Part shown: one piece after another, positions 1 through 9,736 of the stretch | Layout of the letters: the number at the start of each line of letters is the position of its first letter | Position numbering within the stretch: position 1 is the first letter of the stretch | Assembly (NCBI RefSeq): GCF_019464535.1 | Contig: NZ_CP080507.1 | Coordinates: forward strand, 1,230,001-1,262,000 | Length of the DNA: 32,000 nt | DNA from: Horticoccus luteus | GTDB lineage: Bacteria > Verrucomicrobiota > Verrucomicrobiia > Opitutales > Opitutaceae | Reading direction: 5' to 3' | Translations under genes and position numbers: made by a program | The notes under the pieces: model-generated | Databases searched by the model: none | Told to the model about the DNA's origin: nothing | What the model saw: the letters and a program-made list of their open reading frames with translations, nothing else

Positions 1-94
1 TCCCGCCGGTTTATTTACATCTAATTCGCAACACGGTCGCGGCGCAGCGGCAAATGTCGGCGATCCAACGTAACGCAGGGAGGCCGCCAGAGCG

Positions 95-976
95 TCAGGC
101 GTTTCGGTGCGCGCACCAGAAGCGGCATTCGTCGGAAAAATCGAGGACGGCGCGGGATTCCTTGGCGAGGTCGCGGCGAAGAGAGTCGAAGTGATGCGTC
201 CAACCGGTCGCGGCGAGATCGGCGAGAATTTCGGCGCGGTTGGGGAGGTGCATGAACGTGCGGCCCGTTTCGTCTTCGAAATAGCGGTCGCCGAATTCAA
301 CGAGGCGCGGGTCTTGCGTGCCGGCGGCCCAGCGCGTGGCTTCGAGACGCCAGAGGACGCGCTCCGTGGGCGAACTGTCGCGATCGTGCGTGGTGAAGAG
401 CAACGGCGCGCCGGGGCCGCAGGCGCGATGGAGTTGACGCAGCGCTGCGCGGCGGCGGCGGCGACCGGGGATCTGCATCAGGCCGTTGAACATGAAAAGC
501 GCGCCGGCGAAAGCGCCGGAGTGCAAACGGGATTTGTCACCCATTAAGTGACAAACGGGCCCGCGCACGCCGGAGGTGGTGGGCGGGGAAAGAAGCGCGT
601 CGTCGCCGGCAAAGACATCGGCGGCGGTGGAAGAATCGGCGGGCGGAGCGAACGGGAGACGCGTGGCGTCGGCGTGGAGGAAGTGGATCGTTTCGGCATG
701 GCGCTCGGCGGCGAGGGCGCGCGCTTGATCGAGAAGTTCGGCGGCGAAATCGAACGCGGTGAGGTGGTGGTAGCCGAGTTGCCAGAGCCCGAGCGTCACC
801 CGGCCGGCGCCGCAGCCGGCTTCGAGGAGTGGCGCGGCGCGGTCGGGGAAAAAGCGCTCGATGAGGAGCCGTTCGGACGCCCAGAGGCCGAGTTCGTGAG
901 CGGCGCGCGTGTAATGCAGGACAGCCGGAAGATCGTTGAAATCGGCGCGAACGGTGGCCGTGGAAATCTTTTTCAC
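95..976 (-). CDS. class I SAM-dependent methyltransferase (carries a ~45-aa low-complexity insertion)
   Basis: 293-aa ORF. SAM-binding motif I LLEAGCGAGRVTLGL, then LTAFDFA and LHADATRLPF, post-II region ALFMFNGLMQI. The start is a GTG at 974-976, with no SD. Confidence 0.75.
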   Translation of the reverse strand: MKKISTATVRADFNDLPAVLHYTRAAHELGLWASERLLIERFFPDRAAPLLEAGCGAGRVTLGLWQLGYHHLTAFDFAAELLDQARALAAERHAETIHFLHADATRLPFAPPADSSTAADVFAGDDALLSPPTTSGVRGPVCHLMGDKSRLHSGAFAGALFMFNGLMQIPGRRRRRAALRQLHRACGPGAPLLFTTHDRDSSPTERVLWRLEATRWAAGTQDPRLVEFGDRYFEDETGRTFMHLPNRAEILADLAATGWTHHFDSLRRDLAKESRAVLDFSDECRFWCAHRNA

Positions 977-1011
977 CTCGAGAGCAGGCGGAAGAGCGCG
1001 GCCCGGTCAGC

Positions 1012-2130
1012 TCAGGATTTTTTCTGCCACGCGGCGACAAACATGCCGTTGGCGTGAAGTTCGTGCGGCCAAAGAAAAAGTGACGAGCGATCGGTGCCGA
1101 GGGAGGAGAGCGGTGCGGGCTCGAATTCGGGATGCGCCGCAGTGAAGGCGTCGGCGACGGCGGTGGTTTCGGTGCGCGTGAGCGTGCAGACGGAATAGAT
1201 CAGGCGACCGCGGGCTTTAAGGGAGCCGGCGACGTGTTCGAGGAGGGCGCGCTGCGTGACGGCGAGTTCGCGCACGTCGTGAAGGGACGTCGTCCAGCGG
1301 GCATGAGGGTTGCGCTGCCAGGTGCCGACGCCGCTGCATGGGGCATCGATCAGAATGCCGTTGAATTTAGTTTTGGTGGGGAGCTTCGCGGAGCCATCCC
1401 ACGGGGCGGTGCGGAAGTTGAAAATTTTGGCGCGGGCGGCGCGACGTTTGAGATTTTCGAGTCGGCGGACGGAGCGGTCGGTCGCCCAGATCAGGCCTTT
1501 ATTGGCCATGAGGTCGGCGAGGTGGAGCATCTTGCCGCCTTCGCCGGCGCAGGCGTCCCACCAGGTTTCGCCGGGATTCGGGGCGGCGGCGAGGCCGACG
1601 AGTTGGGAGGCGAGATCCTGGATTTCGAAAGCGCCTTCATGGAATTGCGCGGTGCGAAACAGATCCTGCTGGCCGCAGTAATGGAGGGCGTCGGGCGCGC
1701 GGGGCGTGGGCACGCAGTCGCGGAGTTGGGCGGCGAGATGGCCGGCGGTGCCGGGACGGGCGCGCAGCCAGAGCGCGGGCTCGCGTTGCAATTCGAGGAA
1801 GAAGTCGGGCGGCAGATCCATTTCTTCGCTGAGCCACGCGGGCACGGCGCGGGCGGCGAGGGCCTCGGGTTTCACGGACTTCGGATCGGCGGTGAATTTC
1901 TCGTGCAAGGCGACGGCCTGCTCGACGCGTTTCTGCGGGGAAGCGCGTTGATCGAGCCATTGGAACCAGCGGAAATAGGTGAAGAGCGCGCGGCTGATGG
2001 CGCGGCGTTCGCGGCCGCCGAGGTAGGGATGCGCGACGAAATACTGGCGCAGGGCGATATCGGCCGGGAGCGGTTCGGCGGTGGCGGCGAGGACGCGCGC
2101 GGCGTGATTGAGCGTGGCTTGTTCGAGCAT
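1012..2130 (-). CDS. RsmB/NOP2/Sun-family RNA (cytosine-C5) methyltransferase
   Basis: WDACAGEGGK SAM site and catalytic Cys motifs IDAPCSGVGTWQRNP and IYSVCTLT. The 526-aa track ORF is trimmed to ATG 2128-2130 (MLEQATLNH...). The upstream 154 codons are Arg/Pro-rich and overlap the dnaE 3' end. Confidence 0.85.
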   Translation of the reverse strand: MLEQATLNHAARVLAATAEPLPADIALRQYFVAHPYLGGRERRAISRALFTYFRWFQWLDQRASPQKRVEQAVALHEKFTADPKSVKPEALAARAVPAWLSEEMDLPPDFFLELQREPALWLRARPGTAGHLAAQLRDCVPTPRAPDALHYCGQQDLFRTAQFHEGAFEIQDLASQLVGLAAAPNPGETWWDACAGEGGKMLHLADLMANKGLIWATDRSVRRLENLKRRAARAKIFNFRTAPWDGSAKLPTKTKFNGILIDAPCSGVGTWQRNPHARWTTSLHDVRELAVTQRALLEHVAGSLKARGRLIYSVCTLTRTETTAVADAFTAAHPEFEPAPLSSLGTDRSSLFLWPHELHANGMFVAAWQKKS

Positions 2131-2270
2131 CGGATGTTTAACCACGAAGGAGACGAAGAGCGCAAAGGACAAACCCCGAAAATTGCGCGAGGACGGGGGA
2201 GGCGTTGCGAAATGAGCGCGAGGCGGGCGTGGCGGGGGGGCGAGCGGGTGGTGGTGAAAGGGCGTTCCGG

Positions 2271-5200
2271 TCAGGCGCGTTTGGCCCAGCGGCGGTCTTG
2301 CTTCAATTCGAGGCGTTTGGTCTCGAGCAGGACGCCGGCGACCGCGGGGTGGGCGCGGAGGTGTTGGAAGCCGGTCACGGTGAGTTTCCAAGTGAGTGCA
2401 TGGCTGGCCTCGGCGATCGGCGCCACGCGGCCGTCGAATAAAAATCCGACGTCGATGCGCGTATCGCCGCTTTGCTTGGTGATGGTCTCGCGGAGGAGGC
2501 GGATGAAGGCGGCGGTGTCGCGGTGCGAGGGGTGGAGGAGCCAGGTGACCTTTTTCACGATGCCGGTCACAAACGCGTCGAGCGGATAGCACTCCTTCAC
2601 GTTTACGCGCGCACCTTCCTGATTGACGATGATGTTGCCCTGCACGAGCACCGGGGCGTTTTCGACGAGGTTGGCGCCGTAGGCCGCGAAGCCGTCGGCA
2701 AACATGTTAAGGGGTGTCGAGGCGCGCTTCGTGGAAAGGGTGAAGGCGGCCCACGGGCGGTTGTCCTTTTTCGAGAGACGTTTGGTGATATTGCCGACGA
2801 TGCCGCAGAGGCGGAACTCGGTGCGATCGCCTTGGGCGAGGAGTTGCTCTTCGGTGAACGTGTCGATGGCGTCGGCGAGGCCGGCGAAGAGGTTCATCGG
2901 GTGGCCGGAGACGTAGAAACCGAGGAGTTCCTTTTCGAACGCGAGGAGTTCGGCCGGGGGAAATTCGGCGGAGGCGGCGGCGCTTGTAGCGCGGGGCGAG
3001 GGCTCCCCGCCCACAGAAGAGGAGGTGCGGGGTGAGGGCGCCCCGCTTGCAGAAACGGGGACGGGTTTCGGAGGCGCCTCGGCGAGCATGTCGAGGAAGC
3101 TGTGTTGCCCGGCGGCGCGATCGCGGGCGTGCGCGGCGGCACCGGCGATGGCGGCGTCGATGCGGTCGAAGAGGCTTTTGCGGGCCTCGCCGGCGAAATC
3201 AAACGCGCCTGTTTTGGCGAGGTGTTCCAAGACGCGTTTGTTGATGGCGCGGCTGTCGACGCGGCGCACCAAGTCGTCGAAATCGGCGTAGGGGCCGTTG
3301 GCTTCGCGTTCGGCGATGATCTTTTGCGCGGCTTGTTCGCCGATGCCTTTGACGCCGGCGAGACCGAAGCGGATTTTGTCGCCGACGGGAGTAAACATCT
3401 CACGCGATTCGTTGACGTCGGGCCCAAGGACCGTGAGGCCCATGGCTTCGGCTTCCGCGACGAAGTGGGAGACTTTTTCGGCGTTGCCGAGCTCGGCGGT
3501 GAGCACGGCGGCCATGAACTGCACAGGGTAGTTGGCCTTGAGAAACGCGGTCTGGTAGCTGATGACGGCGTAAGCGGCGGAGTGGGATTTGTTGAAGCCG
3601 TAACTGGCAAACTTGTTGAGCAGGTCGAAGATCTCGTTGGCTTTCTTTTCGTCGATGTCGTTCACGCGTTTCGCGCCTTCGACGAATTTGACGCGCTCCT
3701 TCGCCATCGCGTCGGCGTCCTTTTTGCCCATGGCGCGGCGGAGCATGTCGGCGCCGCCGAGCGTGTAGCCGGCGATGACTTTCGCGCACTCCATCACCTG
3801 CTCCTGATAGACGATGATGCCGTAGGTTTCGTTGAGCACGGTCGCGAGCAGCGGGTGCGGGTAAGTGACGGTGGCGGGATCTTTTTTGCCGCGGGCGTAA
3901 TCGGGGATGAACTGCATCGGGCCGGGACGGTAGAGCGCGCCGACGGCGTTGATGTCGTCGATGTTGGATATGCCGACGAGTTTCGAGGCGTTCTGCATGC
4001 CGCCGGATTCGAGCTGGAAGACGCCGATGGTTTTGCCGGCATTGAGCAATGCGTAGGTCGGCGGGTCATCGAAAGGGATTTTTTCGATGTCGAATTTCGG
4101 GTTGGCCGTGCGGCGGACGTTGTCGACGGCGTCGGCGATGACGGTGAGCGTTTTGAGCCCGAGAAAATCCATCTTCAGCAAACCGAGTTTGCCGACGGCG
4201 TTCATGTCGAACTGCACGGTGACATCGCCTTCCTGCAAGGTAAGCGGGACGAAGTCGTCGAGGGGCTGGTCGGTGATGATGATGCCGGCGGCGTGCTTGC
4301 CGGTGTTGCGGACCATGCCCTCGAGGACGCGCGCCTGGTCGACGATTTTTTTGGCGACGGGATTGCGTTCGATCTCGGTGCGAAGCTCGGTGGATTTGGC
4401 GATGGCGTCGGCGAGCGAGATGTTGAGCTCGTCGGGAATCATCTTGGCGAGGCGGTCGGCCTCGGCGAAGGGCAGATCGTGAACGCGCGAGACGTCGCGG
4501 ATGACCATCTTCGCGCCGAGCGTGCCATAGGTGATGATGTTGGCGACGCAGTCGTTGCCGTATTTCTGGCGGACGTAGTCGATGACTTCGCCGCGGCGGC
4601 GCATGCAGAAATCGATATCGAAGTCGGGCGGGGAAACGCGTTCGGGGTTGAGGAAGCGTTCGAACAGGAGCTTGAAGCGGATCGGGTCGAGGTTGGTGAT
4701 GCCGAGGAGATATGCCACGAGGCAACCGGCGCCGGAGCCGCGGCCGGGCCCGACGGGAATCGCGTGGGACTTCGCCCAGTGGATGAAATCCCAGACGACG
4801 AGAAAGTAATCGACGAAGCCGGTGACGTTGATGATCGCGAGTTCGAAGCCCATGCGCACGACGAGCTCCTCCTCGGTCGTGAGGCCGGTGTAATCGGGCG
4901 CGGACGGTTTTTGGCCGGGCGGAAGATTCTCGAATTTGGCGAGGCGTTCGACGACGACGGGATGCGTGACGACGGAGGCGTGTTCGAAGTTGTAGCGCTG
5001 GCGCAGGCCTTCGACGCAGAGCTGGGCGAGGTAGCCGGCGGGAGTATGCTGCGCCTTGATTTCCGGCGGAAGCGGGTAGCGCGGATAACGTTCGCTGCCC
5101 TTGGGGAAGGGCACAGTGACGTCGCACATCTCGGCGACGAGCTGGGTGTTGGTGACCGACTCCGGCACCTCGCCGAAGATCTGTTCCATCTCGGCGCGCG

Positions 5201-5957
5201 ACTTGAGATAAAATTGCTGGGTATCGAAGCGCATGCGCTTCTCCTCGGCGATTTTCGCGCCGGTTTGGATGCAGAGCATCGCGTCGTGCGGACCGGAGTC
5301 GGAGGCGTTGACGTAGTGAACGTCGTTCGTGCAGATCGTCTTGAGGCCGAATTCCTCGGCGAGTTTCAGCAGGCCCGGAATGATTTTGCGCTGTTCGGCG
5401 AGGCCGTGGTCCTGCAACTCAACGAAATAGTTTTCGCGGCCGAAGATATCCACGAAGCGGGCGCAGGCTTTGCGGGCGTCTTCGAAACGATCATGCAGCA
5501 AATGCTGCGGCACGACGGAGGCGAGGCAGCCGGTGAAACCGATGAGGCCGCTGGCGTAGCGGGCGAGCGTGTCGATGTCGGTGCGCGGCTTGTAATAGAA
5601 GCCTTTGAGGTGCGCGTCGGAGACGAGTTTGAGAAGGTTCTGGTAGCCGGTGAGGTTCTTGGCGAGGAGACCGAGATGGTAGTAACTTTTGCCGTCGTCG
5701 GCGCGGCCGTTTTTCTCGAGGCGGGAGCCTTCGGCGAGATAGAGTTCGCAGCCGAGCAGAGGCTTGATGCCCTTGCCCTTGGCGGCATTGAGAAATTCGA
5801 TCGCGCCGTAAAGATTGCCGTGATCGGTGAGGGCGAGAGCCTGCATGCCGAGTTCGGCGGCGCGGTCCATCAAGCGATCTATGCGACAGGCGCCGTCGAG
5901 CAGACTGTAGTCGGTGTGAACGTGAAGATGGACGAAATTCTGGTCAGCGCTCGGCAC
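2271..5957 (-). CDS. dnaE: DNA polymerase III alpha subunit
   Basis: PHP motif FVHLHVHTDYSLLDG. Core motifs GRGSGAGCLVAYLLGIT, PDFDIDF, FNKSHSAAYA, ELLGFYVSGHP, followed by an OB region. Trimmed to the in-frame GTG at 5955-5957 (MPSADQNFVHLH). The longer ORF N-terminus is Arg/Pro-rich and overlaps the GH20 gene end. TTG 5991-5993 is an alternative start. Confidence 0.95.
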   Translation of the reverse strand: MPSADQNFVHLHVHTDYSLLDGACRIDRLMDRAAELGMQALALTDHGNLYGAIEFLNAAKGKGIKPLLGCELYLAEGSRLEKNGRADDGKSYYHLGLLAKNLTGYQNLLKLVSDAHLKGFYYKPRTDIDTLARYASGLIGFTGCLASVVPQHLLHDRFEDARKACARFVDIFGRENYFVELQDHGLAEQRKIIPGLLKLAEEFGLKTICTNDVHYVNASDSGPHDAMLCIQTGAKIAEEKRMRFDTQQFYLKSRAEMEQIFGEVPESVTNTQLVAEMCDVTVPFPKGSERYPRYPLPPEIKAQHTPAGYLAQLCVEGLRQRYNFEHASVVTHPVVVERLAKFENLPPGQKPSAPDYTGLTTEEELVVRMGFELAIINVTGFVDYFLVVWDFIHWAKSHAIPVGPGRGSGAGCLVAYLLGITNLDPIRFKLLFERFLNPERVSPPDFDIDFCMRRRGEVIDYVRQKYGNDCVANIITYGTLGAKMVIRDVSRVHDLPFAEADRLAKMIPDELNISLADAIAKSTELRTEIERNPVAKKIVDQARVLEGMVRNTGKHAAGIIITDQPLDDFVPLTLQEGDVTVQFDMNAVGKLGLLKMDFLGLKTLTVIADAVDNVRRTANPKFDIEKIPFDDPPTYALLNAGKTIGVFQLESGGMQNASKLVGISNIDDINAVGALYRPGPMQFIPDYARGKKDPATVTYPHPLLATVLNETYGIIVYQEQVMECAKVIAGYTLGGADMLRRAMGKKDADAMAKERVKFVEGAKRVNDIDEKKANEIFDLLNKFASYGFNKSHSAAYAVISYQTAFLKANYPVQFMAAVLTAELGNAEKVSHFVAEAEAMGLTVLGPDVNESREMFTPVGDKIRFGLAGVKGIGEQAAQKIIAEREANGPYADFDDLVRRVDSRAINKRVLEHLAKTGAFDFAGEARKSLFDRIDAAIAGAAAHARDRAAGQHSFLDMLAEAPPKPVPVSASGAPSPRTSSSVGGEPSPRATSAAASAEFPPAELLAFEKELLGFYVSGHPMNLFAGLADAIDTFTEEQLLAQGDRTEFRLCGIVGNITKRLSKKDNRPWAAFTLSTKRASTPLNMFADGFAAYGANLVENAPVLVQGNIIVNQEGARVNVKECYPLDAFVTGIVKKVTWLLHPSHRDTAAFIRLLRETITKQSGDTRIDVGFLFDGRVAPIAEASHALTWKLTVTGFQHLRAHPAVAGVLLETKRLELKQDRRWAKRA

Positions 5958-6148
5958 AAGGAGTGAGGCAACGGCGCGCGCGGGGCGGCGCAAGAGGAAA
6001 GGCGGGCGCGAAAAAATTTCGCTTCCGCGACATGGTTTTACGGCGGGCGGCGCGCGAGGGAGTGCCGGCTGCGGCCGACGTGAGGCGAGCGGTCGTGGAC
6101 GGGCGGCAGCCGCGGTCGGCGGAGGGAAAATGGCGAGCGGCGGGGCGG

Positions 6149-7726
6149 TCAGGCGCGCACGTATTCGAGGGGCGCGCGATAGCGGACATCCTGCACGTCG
6201 AGCCGGCGGAGATGCGTGCAAAGACGCGCGAGAAAGTGCGCAAAATCGGGGCGCGATTTCTCGCTCCACGCGACCTCGGCGAGGGCGCAGGCGCGGGGAA
6301 AGGCCATGAATTCGAGGCGGGCGGAGGTGGGAATGTATTCAGTCCAGAGCTGGCCCTGCACGCCGATGATTGAGCGGGCTTGAGCGGCGGAGAGTTCTGC
6401 GGGAATGGGCTCGTAGCCGTGGACTTTCGCGAGGGGCGAGTTGCCGCCGATGCCGAGCGGTTCAGTGCCGGGCGTGTCGGTTTGATAGTGGTCGAAATAG
6501 ACGAACGGATTGGGGCACATGATGGCGTCGTTGCCATGGCGGGCGGCGGCGATCGCGCCCTCGGTGCCGCGCCACGACATGACGGTGGCGGTTTTTGCGA
6601 GGCCGCCCTCAAGAATTTCGTCCCAACCGACGAGCTTGCGTCCGCGAGCAGCAAGGAAGGTTTCGATTTGTTGGATGAACCAGCTCTGGAGATGCTCTTC
6701 GTCCGGCAGGCCGAGGGACTTGAGGTGAGCCTGCGTGGCGGGATCGTCCTGCCATTGTTTTTTCACGGCTTCGTCGCCGCCGATGTGCAGGTATTCGAAC
6801 GGGAAGAGCGCGATGACTTCCGTGAGAACGTCCTGCAAAAAAGCGAAGGTGGCGGGCTTCGTGTTGAAAAGCGTTTCGTGGATGCCCCACGTGCAACTCA
6901 CGTCGCGGGGCTGGGCGAGGAGGCCCAATTCGGGATATGAAGCGACCGCCGCCTGGGCGTGGCCGGGCATCTCGATTTCGGGAAGCACGTGGATGTGTCG
7001 GGCGGCGGCGTAGGCGACGAAGTCGCGGATTTCTTCCTGCGTGTAAAAGCCCGCCACCGGCGCGTTGTCGCCGCCAAGGTTCAGGGCCGAATGACCGCGC
7101 ACGGTCTCGCGGCGTTGGCTGCCGACCGCGGTGAGCTGCGGATATTTTTTGATTTCGATGCGCCAGCCTTGGTCGTCCACGAGGTGCCAGTGGAAGACGT
7201 TGAATTTATGCTGGCTGAGGACATCGACGAATTTTTTGAGCGCAGCGATCGGCTGGAAAAAGCGCGCACTGTCGACCATCACGCCGCGCCAGCGAAAACG
7301 GGGCGCGTCCGAGATCTCGATGGCTGGGGCGGTCCACGCGAGGTCGGGACGCGGAGCGGAATCGAAAACGGCGGGCGGGAAAAGTTGGAGGAGCGTCTGG
7401 GCGGCGTAAAAGGCGCCGGCGTCAGCCGCCGCGGTGATCAGCGCGCCTTCGCTGGTGACGCGCAGCGAATAACCCTCGGGGTGAGCGATGTGAGCGCTGG
7501 CGACGAAAACGATGGCGGCCGGTGAGGGAGTGTGATCGGCGGCGGCGGCGAGCACGGGGAATTTCCAGCCGGTGGCGAAACGGAGGCGTGCAGCGAGTTG
7601 CTCCGCGGCGTGGGCGAGCGCAGGGGGAGCGTGGAGAGCGGTGTCAGCGGTGAGCGTGAAGGGCGGGCGATCGAGGACCGTGCACTGTTGCGGTTGAGGA
7701 ATGAGAGCCGGGGTAACGAGCATCAT
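6149..7726 (-). CDS. beta-N-acetylhexosaminidase, glycoside hydrolase family 20
   Basis: 525 aa. N-terminal GH20b-like IPQPQQ segment and catalytic-region motif YLHIGGDE (Asp-Glu pair), plus HWHLVDDQGWR. No signal peptide before the first domain. Confidence 0.9.
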   Translation of the reverse strand: MMLVTPALIPQPQQCTVLDRPPFTLTADTALHAPPALAHAAEQLAARLRFATGWKFPVLAAAADHTPSPAAIVFVASAHIAHPEGYSLRVTSEGALITAAADAGAFYAAQTLLQLFPPAVFDSAPRPDLAWTAPAIEISDAPRFRWRGVMVDSARFFQPIAALKKFVDVLSQHKFNVFHWHLVDDQGWRIEIKKYPQLTAVGSQRRETVRGHSALNLGGDNAPVAGFYTQEEIRDFVAYAAARHIHVLPEIEMPGHAQAAVASYPELGLLAQPRDVSCTWGIHETLFNTKPATFAFLQDVLTEVIALFPFEYLHIGGDEAVKKQWQDDPATQAHLKSLGLPDEEHLQSWFIQQIETFLAARGRKLVGWDEILEGGLAKTATVMSWRGTEGAIAAARHGNDAIMCPNPFVYFDHYQTDTPGTEPLGIGGNSPLAKVHGYEPIPAELSAAQARSIIGVQGQLWTEYIPTSARLEFMAFPRACALAEVAWSEKSRPDFAHFLARLCTHLRRLDVQDVRYRAPLEYVRA

Positions 7727-8001
7727 GGCGAAAGCGCGGAGGAAGGAGGGTTGGAGCAGCGTTGGCGAGCCGGAGTGACGAGCGGCGCGCGTTTTCTGCG
7801 GAGACCGACGGGTATCGCTAGGCAGCGGCCGTGTCGCATTTTTACCCGGTTGACAGAATCGGCCGCGTTGCCCGCTCCCTCGGAAAACGGGCGGCGAGGG
7901 TGATTTCGCCGGAAAAACGTAAAAACGGCAGGCTGGTGCGCGGCGGAAAGTCGTGCTTGGTCGGCGGGGTGATCGCTTCCCTTGTTCGCTGGAATCTGGC
8001 C

Positions 8002-8787
8002 ATGATGCTGTTGATTACCGCTGGCGCGCGTCTGCGTGCGGCCGAAGCGCCGGTGAACCCGCCGCACTTGTTTGCGGCGCCGGCTCAGGTGCGGCCGTTG
8101 AACATCGCGATTTACGATGGGCCGGGTTCGGGCGAGAAGGGCATCAAGAGCGTGACGAAGCGCGCGGAGCAGTTGCCCGGGGCGAAAGTAACGGCGCTGG
8201 AGCCGGAGGAAATCGGGACGCGGGATTTGTCGCAGTTTGATATCATCATTTTTTCGGGCGGCAGCGGGAGTGCGCAGGCGAAAGCGATTGGCGAAGCGGG
8301 GCGCAAGAATGTGCGTCAGTTCGTCGAGCACGGCGGCGGCTATCTGGGGATTTGCGCCGGGGCTTATCTGGCGTGCGCGGGCTTTGACTGGGGACTCGGC
8401 ATTTTGAATGCGAAGACGGTTTCCAACAAATGGAAGCGGGGCGGGGCGACTTTGCAGATGCAGTTGACGGATGACGGGAAGGAAATTTTCGGCGATGTCG
8501 CGCGGCCATTTTCCATTCGCTACCACAACGGCCCGATCATCAAACCGCTGGGACGCGCCGATCTGCCGGCCTATCGGGTGGCGGCCCTGTTTCGGACGGA
8601 GATCGCAGACTTCGGTTCGCCGAAAGGTGTCATGGTGAACTCGCCGGCCGCGGTTTACACGACGTTTGGGCAGGGCCGAGTGATCACCATCAGTCCTCAT
8701 TCTGAGGACACGCCCGGATTGGAAAACGTGGTGCCGCGAGCGCTGGCTTGGCTGGGCGAGAAAGAGACGGTCGCGACGGCGAAGTGA
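8002..8787 (+). CDS. secreted class I glutamine amidotransferase-like / BPL_N-domain protein
   Basis: Flavodoxin-like GATase1 pattern IAIYDGPGSG...IIIFSGGSG...GGGYLGICAGAYLA (nucleophile-elbow Cys). Hydrophobic N-terminus ending in AAEA. The start is uncertain: ATG 8002, or GTG 7969, which gives a better signal peptide. The track ORF begins at GTG 7831. Confidence 0.6.
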   Translation: MMLLITAGARLRAAEAPVNPPHLFAAPAQVRPLNIAIYDGPGSGEKGIKSVTKRAEQLPGAKVTALEPEEIGTRDLSQFDIIIFSGGSGSAQAKAIGEAGRKNVRQFVEHGGGYLGICAGAYLACAGFDWGLGILNAKTVSNKWKRGGATLQMQLTDDGKEIFGDVARPFSIRYHNGPIIKPLGRADLPAYRVAALFRTEIADFGSPKGVMVNSPAAVYTTFGQGRVITISPHSEDTPGLENVVPRALAWLGEKETVATAK

Positions 8788-8931
8788 TTGAGCGCCGGCC
8801 AGACCCGCCGTGCCGCGGCCAGAAGACGGCGGGAGCACGGCGGAGCGCTGAGAGGCAAGGGGAGAGGAGGCGGCGAAACGGCGGCAATTCCGCGTCTCGA
8901 CAACGGCGGCGCGGAGCGCAGCGTTGGGACC

Positions 8932-9711
8932 ATGGAGGTGATTTTTCTCGGCACGGGCACGTCGCAGGGCGTGCCGATGATCGGTTGCGATTGTGCGGTT
9001 TGCACCTCGGCGGATCCACGCAACCGGCGCACGCGGGCGTCGATCCACGTGGTGATGGACGGGCTGCATGTGCAGGTCGACGCCGCGCCGGAATTCCGGC
9101 TGCAGTGCGTGCGAGAAAAGGTGGCGCGCACGGACTTGTTTATCCTCACGCACGGGCATGCGGATCACATCGCGGGGATGGATGATTTGCGGCGGTTTTG
9201 CGACCTGCTGGGCGGCGAGGGGTTGACGGTTTACTCGACGGATGAAGGGATGAGCAGGGTGCTGGCGATCTATCCTTACGCCATCATGGAACGGCCGTTG
9301 GTGCGGGGTTATCCGGCGTTTCGATTGCAGCAAATGCCGGTGGAGTTGGAGCTGCCGCAGGGCACGATCCGTTCGACGCTGCTGCCGCACGGAGGCGTGA
9401 ACACCCTGGGGTTGGTTTTCACGGAGCGTAGCAGCGGCGTGAGTTTTGCCTACTACACGGATTGCAAGCGTCTGCCGCGGGAGGCGGTGGAGTTTGCCAA
9501 GGGTGCGGCGGCCGTGGTGCTGGACGGGTTGCGTCCGCAGCCGCACCCCTCGCACATGAGCATTGGCGAGGCGGTGACGGCGGCGGCAGACGTCGGCGCG
9601 CCGATGACCTGGTTGACGCACCTGACGCATTTAAGCGATCACGCGGCCACGGAAGCCGGCCTGCCGATGAACGTGCGGCTGGCTTACGACGGGCTACGGT
9701 TGAAACTGTGA
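8932..9711 (+). CDS. MBL-fold metallo-hydrolase, PhnP/PqqB-like
   Basis: MEVIFLGTGTSQGVPMIGCDCAVCTS (CxCxxC zinc knuckle as in PhnP) and LTHGHADHIAG (HxHxDH). Trimmed to ATG 8932; the upstream ORF part is Arg/Gly-rich. Confidence 0.8.
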   Translation: MEVIFLGTGTSQGVPMIGCDCAVCTSADPRNRRTRASIHVVMDGLHVQVDAAPEFRLQCVREKVARTDLFILTHGHADHIAGMDDLRRFCDLLGGEGLTVYSTDEGMSRVLAIYPYAIMERPLVRGYPAFRLQQMPVELELPQGTIRSTLLPHGGVNTLGLVFTERSSGVSFAYYTDCKRLPREAVEFAKGAAAVVLDGLRPQPHPSHMSIGEAVTAAADVGAPMTWLTHLTHLSDHAATEAGLPMNVRLAYDGLRLKL

Positions 9712-9736
9712 CAGGCTACGGGAGCGCTGCGGCTCG

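Noticed and set aside
3102-5966. 954-aa plus-strand ORF antisense to dnaE
   Set aside because: It is the opposite strand of a gene with unmistakable DnaE motifs. Its composition is Gly/Ala/Asp/Val/Arg-rich with no recognisable domain, which is the typical stop-free antisense frame of GC-rich DNA.
5958-6269. N-terminal extensions of track ORFs (dnaE to 6269; also 2131-2592, 13661-13804, 15618-15743, 18906-19025, 20181-20426, 22632-23030, 27614-28081, 28561-28668)
   Set aside because: The extensions are Arg/Pro-rich and overlap the neighbouring gene. They precede an internal start that reproduces the canonical family N-terminus or a proper signal peptide, so they were trimmed.
8791-8849. Composite GC-rich imperfect hairpin (CCCGCCGT-N14-ACGGCGGG with outer AGCGC/GCGCT) between the GATase-like and MBL genes
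   Set aside because: It has no U tract, no recognisable RNA family and several mutually exclusive pairings. It is probably a weak terminator or just GC-rich self-complementarity.
7723-9630. 635-aa minus-strand ORF spanning the GATase-like and MBL genes
   Set aside because: It is extremely Arg/Pro/His-rich. It runs antisense across two plus-strand genes with clear family motifs and across their intergenic spacer. It is a GC-skewed frame artefact.
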